DNA of 61,506 nucleotides, taken from IMG/VR virus record IMGVR_UViG_3300029740_000238. The stretch is one strand, 5' to 3'. Positions 8,737-17,704 of the stretch are shown here, piece by piece. Below the pieces are notes generated by a model. The model ran no database searches. It was not told the DNA's origin and saw nothing but the letters and a program-made list of their open reading frames with translations. This DNA comes from a virus (lineage: Duplodnaviria; Heunggongvirae; Uroviricota; Caudoviricetes). How positions within the stretch are numbered: the first letter of the stretch is position 1; every line of letters starts with the position of its first letter. Both the position numbers and the translations under genes were made by a program.

Positions 8737-10188
8737 ATGAGCAACGAAAAGAACAGCCAGAACAAGTCTGGCGAATTGAAGAAACCGCCCTATGTGACTC
8801 GGACGAATCAGCCCTGGACCACGGTATTTGCGGAGGACCTGAACAAGAAGAAAGAAGAGGATACTCCCGCTGAAACCAAACTCGACCTTTCTCAGTTCGT
8901 GAAAGTTGAAAAGGTCCAGGACGATAAGTCCACTACCATTCCCGCTCCCGTGTCGGAAGCCGAGAAGGACAAGGCAGACACCGTGAATAAAGGGAACGTT
9001 CAGAACGTAACGCCTATCCCCACACCGGAACATAAATTCCGTCCGAAAGGCTCTTCTCAGCAGAGCAAGCCTTCCGATGAGTTTGAAACGAAACCCGTTA
9101 TGGAAGCGGCTCCTGCCGCCACTGAGGAAAAGCCTGTCGCTAAACCCGAAAGCAATCAGCAGGATGATGACAGCGACTCTTTTGTCTCTCCTTCGTTTGG
9201 TGGATTCAAGAATCCGTATGCAGATGAAGAACTGGAAGAGAAACCGGAGAAAAAACCTGAAGCGAAAGATACCGAGAAAAAAACTGTTAAGCCTAAAGTG
9301 GCTGTTAAGTCCCACAAAGGCGGCAATGTCATTCTGGGTGTCAGCTGTGTAGTTCTTGCCGCATCCGTGGTCGTTATGGGCATGACGATTGCTGAAAGCC
9401 GTAAGAGTGATTCTATCGTTTATCCGTCTACTGGAAGTACTCTGAACATCTCGGCTGATGTTGCGACGACCGACACTAATTTTGAAAATCAGGAAGCCTT
9501 GACTCCTGTAGTATCTATGGCTTCGGATGGAAACACCTGGACGCTGAGTTCCTCGACTTTCCTGATTACTGATGGCGAATCCAAGGTAGCGGTCGCTGTA
9601 GACAGTGCAGACAGCATCAAGTACGATGGCGCGGCCTTGCAGTATGAGCGCAATGGAGTAACCTATCTTGTCCGTATGGTGAGCGACAGCTCTTATCTGG
9701 GCAATAGTACAATGACCGAACACGAAGACGGTGCCACTCATATGATTACCGGCATTGAAGGTATCGGGAACGGTAAAGTACTTGTTGTGATTGCTACATA
9801 CGGTGCTACCGGCGATGAGAGCATCAACGATGCAGCAAATGAAGAAGTAACCGCTTTGCTGAGCAGTGCCGCACCTGCCAATGATGGTGCTTCCTTGCTG
9901 CTTGATAATGTGCCTGCCGATTTTGATGGACGCACTTTGAGTCTGACGAATGAGCGCGTTCTGGTCAAAGATGGCGATTCTGAGGTCGTGTTTGCACCTG
10001 CATCCTACAACGCTGATGATATTCAGTTCACGGATACCAAGCAGACACTTTCTGGTTTTACAGTTGCTCGCTCTGATTATGCTGACTCCGACAGCAGCAA
10101 GACCTATCTCGTGGAAGGCACTGACCGCAATTTCCTGGCCGTCACGAACAATGAAGATTTGCTGAACAGCATTCTGCAAGTCCAGTAA
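8737..10188 (+). CDS. Single-pass membrane protein, disordered N-terminus and beta-rich C-terminal domain
   Basis: 483-aa ORF; RBS gaggagg; TM VILGVSCVVLAASVVVMGMTIA. Confidence 0.7.
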   Translation: MSNEKNSQNKSGELKKPPYVTRTNQPWTTVFAEDLNKKKEEDTPAETKLDLSQFVKVEKVQDDKSTTIPAPVSEAEKDKADTVNKGNVQNVTPIPTPEHKFRPKGSSQQSKPSDEFETKPVMEAAPAATEEKPVAKPESNQQDDDSDSFVSPSFGGFKNPYADEELEEKPEKKPEAKDTEKKTVKPKVAVKSHKGGNVILGVSCVVLAASVVVMGMTIAESRKSDSIVYPSTGSTLNISADVATTDTNFENQEALTPVVSMASDGNTWTLSSSTFLITDGESKVAVAVDSADSIKYDGAALQYERNGVTYLVRMVSDSSYLGNSTMTEHEDGATHMITGIEGIGNGKVLVVIATYGATGDESINDAANEEVTALLSSAAPANDGASLLLDNVPADFDGRTLSLTNERVLVKDGDSEVVFAPASYNADDIQFTDTKQTLSGFTVARSDYADSDSSKTYLVEGTDRNFLAVTNNEDLLNSILQVQ

Positions 10189-10219
10189 AAATAACATTTC
10201 AAAAATAGGAGAATACCAA

Positions 10220-11383
10220 ATGAATAAACGTAAAGTTTCTTTTATCCTTGCAACTGCTCTGGCTGCATCCATCATCATGTCTGGCTGTGCATCGACTGCT
10301 GTGTCCGGCAGTGACAGTTCTTCTACTGCCACTGAAGAATCTGCAACCGTCGAGACTGCGCTGAACATTGATTACAGTGCGGGTCTAAAAAAGGACGGTC
10401 ACTATGCTGGTGTCAAGGCCAAGAATATTGTTACTCTTCCGGATGACTATGACCATATGACCTTTAAGACTGAAGACCTGCACATGGAAGACGGCGCTCT
10501 GGATTCTGCTTTGCAGCAGATTAAGCAGACTTACGGTGAACACACCACTGTGGACCGCGCGGCGCAGGAAGGCGATTGCGTGACGGTGGATTATACCGGC
10601 TCCTACAACGGCGATGAATTCCCGAACGGTTCTGCAAAGGATGCCGAAATCGTATTGGGTCAGGGATATTACGTAGATGGCTTTGAGAGCCAGATTGAAG
10701 GACATTTTGCCGGTGAGAAGTTCGATATCACTGTGACTTTCCCCGACAGCTACCCTGACACCACGGATTCCGAGGGCAACACTCTGAGCCTGGCTGGTCA
10801 GGATGTTCAGTTCCGCATCGAACTCAAGGATGTCTCTGAGCTGACCTTGACGGATGACTCTATCGTGAACTGCTTCGGCGATAACAAGTATTACACCGAG
10901 GATGGTACTCTGGTCAATTCCGTGGATACTTTCAAACAGTATTACAATGAGCTTTTGACCAAAGATGCTCTGGGCCTTGCCATCTATAACTATATGATGG
11001 ATAACTCCGTTGTTTCTGAAATTCCTCAGAACCTCATTGATGACCAGCGTGATACTTACCGCAAGGAAATCGAAACAAGCGCTGAAAACATGGGCAAAAC
11101 TATGGACGAATACTTGGAAACCACCGATTATGATACTGAGGATGCCTTGCTCGACAGCTACAATGACCGCATTGAAGAAAGCGTAAAGGCGTATCTGATT
11201 TTCCAGGCTGTGGCTGAAGCAGAGAAAATCAAGGTCACCGATGCCGATGTAAGCGATTATTTTGGTGATGATTCTTTGAGTGTCCAGCAGGCTCAGAAAT
11301 ACTACGGCGAAGAATATGTGAACCAGACGGTTCTGTACAACAAAGTAGGTGACTGGCTCACTGCTCACGCAACGATTGTGTGA
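10220..11383 (+). CDS. Lipoprotein trigger-factor-like chaperone (FKBP PPIase + TF C-domain)
   Basis: Lipobox IMSGC; DRAAQEGDCVTVDYTG...FPNGSA...LGQG..VDGFESQIEG...VTFPDSY; helical TF C-domain; no ribosome-binding N-domain. Confidence 0.85.
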   Translation: MNKRKVSFILATALAASIIMSGCASTAVSGSDSSSTATEESATVETALNIDYSAGLKKDGHYAGVKAKNIVTLPDDYDHMTFKTEDLHMEDGALDSALQQIKQTYGEHTTVDRAAQEGDCVTVDYTGSYNGDEFPNGSAKDAEIVLGQGYYVDGFESQIEGHFAGEKFDITVTFPDSYPDTTDSEGNTLSLAGQDVQFRIELKDVSELTLTDDSIVNCFGDNKYYTEDGTLVNSVDTFKQYYNELLTKDALGLAIYNYMMDNSVVSEIPQNLIDDQRDTYRKEIETSAENMGKTMDEYLETTDYDTEDALLDSYNDRIEESVKAYLIFQAVAEAEKIKVTDADVSDYFGDDSLSVQQAQKYYGEEYVNQTVLYNKVGDWLTAHATIV

Positions 11384-11400
11384 TTTCATCCCAAAAATGC

Positions 11401-11537
11401 TTGACGATATATGCGAACTCGATACAATGAATATTGTACGATAGATACCATCTACTAGGCGATATATGCGCTCGTACAATTCACAATCTCGTCGTAAGGC
11501 AGACTTCTCATTTGTTTGGGGAGCCTGCTTTTTTTTA
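11401..11537 (+). promoter_or_regulatory. TGCG promoter + structured leader/attenuator, copy A (upstream of ssb)
   Basis: ttgacg-N16-tacaat; stem attgtacga/tcgtacaat; atagatacca box; ttcacaat; terminator gcagacttctca/tggggagcctgc + T-run. Confidence 0.8.
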
Positions 11538-11566
11538 TTAACTGTCTTTTGAAAGGAGACAAAATC

Positions 11567-12328
11567 ATGACTAACGTTAACATTTTCACCATCATCGGTC
11601 GTCTTACTGCTGATGCAGAAGAATTCACTATTGGCAACAACACATACGTTGGGTTTCGTGTTGCGGTAGACCGTGGACAGAATAAGGAGACTTCTTTTAT
11701 CCCGGTTCGCGCTCCGAAGAAGTTTATCAGTGACAATCTGCGTGCAAAACTCGTCAAGGGCGCACCAGTGTTGGCCACTGGCCGCTTTGAATCCGGCTCC
11801 TATGATAAGGACGGACAGAAAAAGTACTATTCTTATCTGAGTGCCGCAACGATTCAAGCAGATGTCAGTGGCAACTTTGCCGATGGCATGCTGATGGGTA
11901 ACCTGACCGCAGATGTTACGACCCGTTCTACTCAGAACGGAAATAACATTGCAAACTTTACGGTTGCCAGCAACCGTTCTTACCAGAAGGATGGGCAGTG
12001 GGTTGATGTTCCTTCCTTTGTGGCTGTCGCTGCCTCCGGTAAGCTTGCGGAATTTATTGCAAGTCATTTCCATAAAGGTGACCCTATCATGGTTGCCGGT
12101 ACTTTGTCCAGCTATTCTCACAAGAATAAGGACGGTGAAAATCGTACGTTCTACACCGTATGGGCTGACAAAGCATCTTTTGCAAGTCGCGGCAAAGACA
12201 CTACTCAGAACAGCACTCCTGCTCCTGCAGCAACTCCCGCTTCGGCTCCTGCTCCTTCTGCACCGACTTACGGTGAATATGGGGCAGATGAATTCGATGC
12301 GGTTGAAGAGGACGATTTGCCCTTCTAA
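11567..12328 (+). CDS. ssb: Single-stranded DNA-binding protein with two tandem OB folds
   Basis: IIGRLTADAE... and LMGNLTADV... domains; acidic tail EEDDLPF. Confidence 0.9.
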   Translation: MTNVNIFTIIGRLTADAEEFTIGNNTYVGFRVAVDRGQNKETSFIPVRAPKKFISDNLRAKLVKGAPVLATGRFESGSYDKDGQKKYYSYLSAATIQADVSGNFADGMLMGNLTADVTTRSTQNGNNIANFTVASNRSYQKDGQWVDVPSFVAVAASGKLAEFIASHFHKGDPIMVAGTLSSYSHKNKDGENRTFYTVWADKASFASRGKDTTQNSTPAPAATPASAPAPSAPTYGEYGADEFDAVEEDDLPF

Positions 12329-12391
12329 TCATCGATTCTAAGCCCCGTGAGCTGTGCTAACAGGCTATACGGGCGATTACACACTAATTCA

Positions 12392-12428
12392 AGTCGAGAC
12401 TGGCATTCTTGCTGGTCTCGACTATTTT
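12392..12428 (+). terminator. Hairpin/terminator between ssb and the AAA gene
   Basis: agtcgagactggca-ttct-tgctggtctcgact-atttt. Confidence 0.55.
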
Positions 12429-12451
12429 AATTTAATCGGAGGTAGAAAACT

Positions 12452-14269
12452 ATGAATACGCAAAATATGTGGTGGACCGGCAAGACCAATGACTTGCTTG
12501 ACCCTGCGCTGCCTGACATTTTCCATGATGTTCAGCTAGGCATCGGAACGAGGTTTATTGATGACCCCACCGCTGCCAGTGTAAAGCAGGCCGGGGTATA
12601 CCGAACTAATGGACACTGTGTACCGGGCAAAATAACTGCAGATTTCGCGAAGGCATTGTGCCGCGCTGAGATGATTGAGAATGGACGAAAAGTCGGTGCG
12701 TATTCTTGCAACAAAGATGGTCGTACAATGGCCGAGTGGGTAGATAACAATATCTACAAAGAATGTGAAACTGACCATTTGGGGAACACGCTGTGCCTGA
12801 TTTATGACAGAAGCACCGGCCAGATGTACGCATCTACTGGATTTAATGGTAATATTTTGGATGTTGCAAAGATTGGACTTGCTCCTTTCTTTTTGCTTCT
12901 CTGGGGTGATTTTCGAAATCGTATTGACGGTTTTGAAGATATTTTCCAATCTTATGTTGCAGAAACCGACCCCACAAAGAAGGTCAAATGCGCCTGCGCT
13001 TTGGCCGGTACTGCGATGGACGCTATGCTGGAGCAAAACACAGAGCTCAAGGCCAAATATCCCAACAACGGCAACTTGAAAAATGTTACTCAAACCCTTG
13101 CCAAGAGCAAGAAGTTCCTTCCGGACATGGTTTGGGGCACTTTCCAGTTTATGAGCGACCAAAAAGGCTCCGGAGCCAGCAAGTTCACGTTTAAGTCTGT
13201 TAAAGACTTTATTGGCTATTTTGCTGATAACAATCGTATTCTCTCTGACGAGGAGAAGAGCCTGGTCCCACAGCTTGATGACGGATACATCCTTCCCGAA
13301 GAAGTTGTGACTTCCTGCTATCTCATTTCTAAAACACACGGCACCAAACGCCCTATGACCAACATCATGCTGCGTGGTGACCCGTCTGTTGGTAAGACTG
13401 CTGGTGCTCGTGCGATTGCTGCTGGTCTTGGCCTGCCTTATACGTTCATTACCTGCAATGCTGGTACTGAAATGTATAACCTGATTGGCGACATGATGCC
13501 CATTGATTCTACTGATTCTGACGATAGTATCAATGAGGAACTGTTCAAGGACCTGCCGACCGCAACTGATATCAGTATGGACCCCGTGACAGCATATGAA
13601 GCTATTACTGGCGTTTCTAAGGCTGATGCCACTGAAACCGAATGCATGACCGAGCTGTTCCGCAAGCAAATGAAGCTTTGCTCTGAGGCTTGCGGCCAGG
13701 GCTTCCGCTATGTTGAGAGCCCTCTGGTTCGCGCTATCCGCAATGGTTGGGTCTGTGAGCTGCAGGAGCCTTCTCTGATTACGCGTCCGTCCGTCATGCC
13801 CGGTTTGAATGGCCTGCTGGATGAAACTGGCTGCGTCGTATTGCCGACAGGTGAGATGCTGCATCGGCATCCTGACTGCATCATCATCTCCACGTTGAAT
13901 GTTGACCTGGAAGGCTGCCGTCCGCTGAACCAGTCGTTCATCGACCGCCACCATCTCATCGTTGACATGAAATGTCCGAATGATGCGGTTATCATCAAAC
14001 GTATCAAGGGTATGACCGGCTGTGGAAATGATGTCCCGCTGCAGACGATGGTAGATTGCGTTCACCAAATTGCCAAGAAGTGCCAGACTTGTGGCGCTAC
14101 AGATGGCAATGTAAACTCGATGCGCTCTCTCGCGAACTGGGTTCAGGCCGGTATGCTGATTGGCGATTATGCTAAAGCTGCCGAATGGACCGTTGTGAGC
14201 GGTGCAACATCTGACCCGCAGACTCGTGAAGAGCTCATGGGAGTTGTTGCAAACTACAGCTTTGCCTAA
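12452..14269 (+). CDS. MoxR/CbbQ-like AAA+ ATPase
   Basis: Walker A GDPSVGKT; SPLVRAIRNGWVCELQEP; LNGLLD; RPLNQSFIDR; SMRSL. Confidence 0.8.
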   Translation: MNTQNMWWTGKTNDLLDPALPDIFHDVQLGIGTRFIDDPTAASVKQAGVYRTNGHCVPGKITADFAKALCRAEMIENGRKVGAYSCNKDGRTMAEWVDNNIYKECETDHLGNTLCLIYDRSTGQMYASTGFNGNILDVAKIGLAPFFLLLWGDFRNRIDGFEDIFQSYVAETDPTKKVKCACALAGTAMDAMLEQNTELKAKYPNNGNLKNVTQTLAKSKKFLPDMVWGTFQFMSDQKGSGASKFTFKSVKDFIGYFADNNRILSDEEKSLVPQLDDGYILPEEVVTSCYLISKTHGTKRPMTNIMLRGDPSVGKTAGARAIAAGLGLPYTFITCNAGTEMYNLIGDMMPIDSTDSDDSINEELFKDLPTATDISMDPVTAYEAITGVSKADATETECMTELFRKQMKLCSEACGQGFRYVESPLVRAIRNGWVCELQEPSLITRPSVMPGLNGLLDETGCVVLPTGEMLHRHPDCIIISTLNVDLEGCRPLNQSFIDRHHLIVDMKCPNDAVIIKRIKGMTGCGNDVPLQTMVDCVHQIAKKCQTCGATDGNVNSMRSLANWVQAGMLIGDYAKAAEWTVVSGATSDPQTREELMGVVANYSFA

Positions 14270-14277
14270 TAATATTG

Positions 14278-14312
14278 AAGCCCCGACCTTTCTGGTTGGG
14301 GCTTTTTCTTTT
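14278..14312 (+). terminator. Intrinsic terminator
   Basis: aagccccgacc-tttct-ggttggggctt + T-rich tail. Confidence 0.8.
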
Positions 14313-14475
14313 GCATTTTTTTGTTTAGTTTCAAAAATAACGAAAAGGGGACTATTTTGCGTTCGATTCGCAACTTCGCTAAATCTCAGTTTAGCGAAAT
14401 ATAGGGAAGCCTTTTAACTTTTGGAATCTTTACAGGCATCCTGCGATGCAACTTGCCGCAAGCCATACAATTCAT

Positions 14476-14512
14476 CCAGAACTCGCATACCTGTTGGTGT
14501 AAATTCATTTCT
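14476..14512. repeat. par-flanking repeat, downstream copy
   Basis: ccagaactcgcatacctgttggtgtaaattcatttct; the 23-bp core is identical to 17637-17659. Confidence 0.8.
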
Positions 14513-14576
14513 TACAAAATAGCAAACAGCGAATGCTCATTCCAAGCGTTTTCTTGGTAGTGCATCCGCTGCATGT

Positions 14577-15059
14577 TTAGAAATCCTTGTGAATCTGCTT
14601 TTTCAGAAGTTCAGTATTTAGGAGCAGCCCATGGATTGCGTAACGATACGATAGAATCTTTTCGCTGTCATAGGTTCCGAATACATCCTGTGCATAAACA
14701 ACTCTATTCAGCTGGCTTACTTCATCCTCGGTCAAGTACAACGAGACCTGTTTGTTTTTCGTTAACTTTGTTCCTCGTCTACCTTCGTTGGTCGGCATGA
14801 AGGATATGATTTCATCAATCTCTGGTAAGAGATAGTACGATTCATCCAGACCTCCGGTAGCTACCAGCTCGTCGTATTCAGCAGAACCTTTAGAGATGAT
14901 GTACTTGTCCCCTACTCTGCTGACCTTTTGAAGTTCACTTCTAACCAATCGGTTTGTCAGTGTTCCCAAGCGACTTCCTTCGTACCACGCCCGAACTTCG
15001 AGTATTTCCGCAAAGTCTGAACGGAACCGCACTGAAATCGTGCTTTTTTCACTATTCAT
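14577..15059 (-). CDS. Putative tandem ribbon-helix-helix DNA-binding protein, third gene of the par operon
   Basis: STISVRFRSDFAEILEVRA...LTNRLVR and KQVSLYLTEDEVSQL both show an RHH strand-helix pattern. Confidence 0.55.
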   Translation of the reverse strand: MNSEKSTISVRFRSDFAEILEVRAWYEGSRLGTLTNRLVRSELQKVSRVGDKYIISKGSAEYDELVATGGLDESYYLLPEIDEIISFMPTNEGRRGTKLTKNKQVSLYLTEDEVSQLNRVVYAQDVFGTYDSEKILSYRYAIHGLLLNTELLKKQIHKDF

Positions 15060-15074
15060 TTAGGTTTCCCTTAA

Positions 15075-16337
15075 TCAATCCACGGCTTTGATTTTTTCTT
15101 TCAGCTTTGTAGCCATCTCAATCACTTCTTCAAGTGCTGCAATGTCGGAATCTCTCGATTCCTGTGAAACATGGCGCAATGCTTTTTCATAGCTCTTGTT
15201 TGAATAGACTCGCTGCAACTTCTTGATGATTGTCGGAGTGGTTTTTAATACGGCACTTACACTGATATCTGCCGCTTCCCTCTCCTTCTTGGCAACGTCC
15301 TTGGTAGCATCCTTTTGGGCATCATACTCAAAATCTGCTACTTCTTCCGGGGTGTTGCACTCTTTGATAATCCCGAACTCTTCGGCTTTCTTTTTGAGCT
15401 CCTGTAATTCACTGTCAAAATACTCGATGGATTTCTTATAGGTTTCTTCGTGCTCTGCTCTGGTACGCTGCTGCAAGGCACTGAACAGGTATTCCCGGAA
15501 CGTATCGTGAAGCGTATCGCGCATCACTTCGATGTGGTTCTTCCCTGCTTCTTCCCCGGTATCGCCGTGACAATCCACTGCATTGAGCTCTTGATACTTT
15601 TGACCAATCTCTTCCTGCTTCTCATCATCGAATCGCAGATAGCTTTCACACTCGCTTCGGCTCAGGAATTTAGCGTCGAGAAGCTCTTTCAGGCTCCCCT
15701 TCAGTTTATCTTCGAGCCGTGCATCTCTGTCGATGGTTTTCGGGTTTACAGAACTCACGCTCTTGATTGCTTTCAGAGCGTCTACCCTATTCATATTATA
15801 GGGTTCTTTCTGGAGACATTCGATAAAATCTGATACAGCCTTTCTGCGAACTGCCTCATCATTTAGGCCACCACGCACCTGCAGGTTTGCGCTGTAAAGC
15901 AATACCTTCTTTTCGTTATCGGAAAGCTCTGTCGTAATGACATTGCAGTTCCGAACAATCTGCCAGGACGTATCCCCTTCTTCAACAAGCAGCTTGATAG
16001 CTCGATATCTTCTTTCACCGGAAAGAAGAACATAGACCTCTCTCCCCTCTTCTGTGGATGGGAACATGACCAGGTTATGCAACAGGCCGTTGCGCTTGAT
16101 GTCATCCGCAAGAATCCGAATATCTTCATCGTCATCTATTTCACGGAATATTTCATTATCAGGGTTTGTTCGGATATTAAAGAGGGATATGTCGCGGCTC
16201 TCGTATTCTATCTTGTGCTTTGCATTGAGTAAGTCGTTATAAAATGCACCGGCGTTATTGTTATTTACTTTCTTCAAAGCTTCAATATTAGGCAACTTGG
16301 GTGTGGTTACAGGCCCCTTCTTCTTTGTCAATGCCAT
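15075..16337 (-). CDS. parB: ParB-family partition protein
   Basis: IRTNPDN...LADDIKRNGLLHNL...LLSGERRYRA (ParB arginine patch); directly downstream of parA. Confidence 0.88.
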   Translation of the reverse strand: MALTKKKGPVTTPKLPNIEALKKVNNNNAGAFYNDLLNAKHKIEYESRDISLFNIRTNPDNEIFREIDDDEDIRILADDIKRNGLLHNLVMFPSTEEGREVYVLLSGERRYRAIKLLVEEGDTSWQIVRNCNVITTELSDNEKKVLLYSANLQVRGGLNDEAVRRKAVSDFIECLQKEPYNMNRVDALKAIKSVSSVNPKTIDRDARLEDKLKGSLKELLDAKFLSRSECESYLRFDDEKQEEIGQKYQELNAVDCHGDTGEEAGKNHIEVMRDTLHDTFREYLFSALQQRTRAEHEETYKKSIEYFDSELQELKKKAEEFGIIKECNTPEEVADFEYDAQKDATKDVAKKEREAADISVSAVLKTTPTIIKKLQRVYSNKSYEKALRHVSQESRDSDIAALEEVIEMATKLKEKIKAVD

Positions 16338-16338
16338 T

Positions 16339-17199
16339 TTACTTCACCTCCAGCTTTGCCAAACGCTTCATCAATTCTTTATAAACCTGCTGATATGCAA
16401 TTGAAACAGGCTGCTTTGCTGCATAGAAACACACTGGCTGATAATTAGTAACAGACATACCGACACTGATGCTGTTCGGGATTTCATGCTCAAACAGAGC
16501 AGGGCCCAAAACATCCTGACACTGTGTGCGAATCAGCCTTGCAGCTTTCGCCTTTTTATTCACCGCTGTCAAGAGAACACCCACGCCTTTGATTCGGCTC
16601 CCTGGTGCATTGCACAGCTCATTGCACAGTGCGAACGTTCTGAAAGCAGACCCACGGGAGTTTGCATCACACATCATGGGAATCAGAATATAATCGGCTG
16701 CACTAATTGCATTGGTAAGCAGCAATGAGTCACGGGTCGGCTGCGTATCGATAATTATGTAGTCATAATCGTCCAACACCTGCTCCAAGAAATAAAACAG
16801 GAAGTCCGACATCTTATCAATGCGTTTCATGGCTCCACTTTTGGCCAGGATATTCGCATCATCAAACAAGTCAGCTAATCTCTGATTGATTTTCGGCGTT
16901 TGAGCACTTCCGGGAATCATATCCACATTATCACCATACTCGGTCGGGACAATGAAATCGCGGGTTTTCGTATACCGGAAGCCGCTGAACATATCATAGA
17001 GTGCGTGTCCTTCATACAGACCCTCTGTGATTTCACCTTTCCCATCACTGAGAGCACTGGTCAAATTGCCTTGGGGGTCTGTGTCAATGCACAGCACTTT
17101 CTTTCCATCTTCCCCCATCAGATATGCTAGGTTCGAAGCGGTAACGGTCTTCCCTGTTCCGCCCTTTTCAATCGCGACTGTGATGACTTTCGCTGGCAT
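16339..17199 (-). CDS. parA: ParA/Soj-family partition ATPase
   Basis: KGGTGKT, VLCIDTDPQGNLT, YDYIIIDTQP; start at MPAKVI with RBS gaggtg. Confidence 0.93.
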   Translation of the reverse strand: MPAKVITVAIEKGGTGKTVTASNLAYLMGEDGKKVLCIDTDPQGNLTSALSDGKGEITEGLYEGHALYDMFSGFRYTKTRDFIVPTEYGDNVDMIPGSAQTPKINQRLADLFDDANILAKSGAMKRIDKMSDFLFYFLEQVLDDYDYIIIDTQPTRDSLLLTNAISAADYILIPMMCDANSRGSAFRTFALCNELCNAPGSRIKGVGVLLTAVNKKAKAARLIRTQCQDVLGPALFEHEIPNSISVGMSVTNYQPVCFYAAKQPVSIAYQQVYKELMKRLAKLEVK

Positions 17200-17450
17200 G
17201 TTACGCACCTCATTACTCAAGAGTTGAGTTACTCGAGTACCTGTTATTGTAATTTTAGTCTTAACGTGGTGTTTGACCTGACAGCGTGATTTTTGTCTTG
17301 CAAGGCCCAATTACGAACTCTGCTTGCATATACAAATCGCACAAAATGTCAACACCCACAATCTCAATGATTCAATTATAACATGCTTTAGCTAAATGTC
17401 AACGCGAACTTTGGAGACTGCTTCTTTTTGATATTCTATACAAGCCGTCA

Positions 17451-17659
17451 TGAACTCACATCCCTGTTGGTATAAATCCAATCTTAATTGTTAGAGCCTT
17501 GTTACCGCTGCTTTTGGCAGTGGACAGAGTACTATTCATCCCCTGTCTGAAACGCACGTTCCTGTTGGTGTACGACCTGGGTTGGCATCTCATAACATTG
17601 CAAATGAAAGTTTCTCTCTGGTCCAGAACTTAAATTCCTGTTGGTGTAAATTCATTTCT
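17451..17659. repeat. Three copies of the CCTGTTGGTRTA repeat upstream of parA (candidate parS/operator)
   Basis: Cores at 17463, 17561 and 17637. Confidence 0.75.
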
Positions 17660-17673
17660 GATGTTTGGCAAAC

Positions 17674-17701
17674 AAAAAAAGCCCACCAAATGGTGGGCCC
17701 T
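17674..17701 (-). terminator. Terminator of rep
   Basis: aaaaaaa-gcccacca-aa-tggtgggc immediately after the rep stop (T-run on the minus strand). Confidence 0.75.
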
Positions 17702-17704
17702 ATT

